Of a stretch of DNA of 64,000 nt, positions 63,322 through 64,000 are shown one piece after another. The stretch comes from an uncultured Rhodobacteraceae bacterium (GTDB lineage: Bacteria > Pseudomonadota > Alphaproteobacteria > Rhodobacterales > Rhodobacteraceae): positions 6,836-70,835 of the forward strand of contig CBFHNF010000003.1 in NCBI GenBank assembly GCA_965657135.1, given 5' to 3'. The position numbers and the translations under genes were made by a program. Within the stretch, counting starts at the first letter, position 1; every line of letters begins with the position of its first letter. The notes under the pieces are model-generated. The model ran no database searches. It worked only from the letters and a program-made list of their open reading frames with translations, and had not been told where the DNA came from.

Positions 63322-64000
63322 TTAATAAACGCTTTCACTTTGTTCGTCCTTCTTTTGGACGACATCGGTAGGTTCGCTTAATTGCGAAGGAGGATACACA
63401 AGCCCCGCTGAAATCACTAATTTCGCGGCATCTTCAATGCTCATGTCTAGTTCAATGATATCAGATTGTGGGAAAAATAATAAAAAGCCCGATGTCGGAT
63501 TAGGTGTTGTTGGTACAAATACAGAAACTAATTGATCGCCATTGCCAGCATGTTGGGCAACTTCGCCGCGCGCTACTGTTGATATAAACCCAATCGCCCA
63601 AATGCCACGGCGAGGGTATTGAATAAGGCATGCTTTTTCGAAAGAGCGCTCTTGTTGTGCGAAGACTGTTTCAGCAATTTGTTTTACGCCACCGTAAATG
63701 GATCGCACAACAGGCATGCGGTGTACCAAGTTTTCGCCGTACCGGATGAGAGAACGTCCAATCAAACCTTTGGCAAGCCAACCAATGAGGGTCGTGAATA
63801 ATAAGAAAAAGACCACGCCCAAACCGCGTATATTGACTTCGGTTTCTGGCCCTAAAATTGCTTGGATCAAAGCTTCAGGTTGATAACTCTCTGGTACGAA
63901 CGGCAATACAAATCCATCCACCCAGCCTATTACGGTCCAGATCAGCCAAACCGTCAATCCCACAGGAGCAATGACAACAATCCCTGTCAAAAAGCTATTA
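63322..64000 (-). CDS. DUF502 domain membrane protein (5' end beyond the window)
   Basis: FLTGIVVIAP, MPVVRSIY..VKQ, YPRRG.W, VFVPTTPNPTSGF, VISAG. Confidence 0.88.
   Translation of the reverse strand, partial: NSFLTGIVVIAPVGLTVWLIWTVIGWVDGFVLPFVPESYQPEALIQAILGPETEVNIRGLGVVFFLLFTTLIGWLAKGLIGRSLIRYGENLVHRMPVVRSIYGGVKQIAETVFAQQERSFEKACLIQYPRRGIWAIGFISTVARGEVAQHAGNGDQLVSVFVPTTPNPTSGFLLFFPQSDIIELDMSIEDAAKLVISAGLVYPPSQLSEPTDVVQKKDEQSESVY

Noticed and set aside
1-64000. CRISPR arrays, IS elements, rRNA, defence systems
   Set aside because: By eye I found no regularly spaced direct repeats, transposase, cas, restriction or toxin-antitoxin ORFs, or rRNA signatures.

Overview
This looks like core chromosome from a marine Roseobacter-group (Rhodobacteraceae) alphaproteobacterium with moderately low GC (mid-40s % by eye). 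The first ~15 kb is a catabolic block: the complete beta-hydroxyaspartate cycle (bhcABCD + bhcR), MAPEG, malonyl-CoA synthetase, a DddQ-type DMSP lyase, an EamA transporter, a Cys-type sulfatase and a 1068-aa self-sufficient catabolic reductive dehalogenase. The rest is mostly housekeeping: zapA, grxD/bolA, purL, a VtlR/LsrB-like LysR, fused IOR, murI, argC, ccmE/F/H, gltA, gltX, lexA, moeA/moaC, trpCDG/E, ppiD-like, gpt, fabI, pdxH, tRNA-Pro(TGG), nrdJ and bdhA. Several features are not shown by the ORF track. There are in-frame nonsense codons in the GTA-type holin, comEC and a tandem cold-shock-domain gene, a deletion scar fusing an MFS 5' end to a truncated Lrp gene, and an ATGA->ATAA start-codon loss. 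There are also two promoter-hairpin-terminator sRNA candidates (between LysR and purL, with an anti-SD motif, and upstream of bdhA) and LexA, NrdR, IclR and LysR operator sites. I saw no CRISPR array, integrase, transposase or rRNA. All family assignments come from motif recognition by eye, not from database searches.
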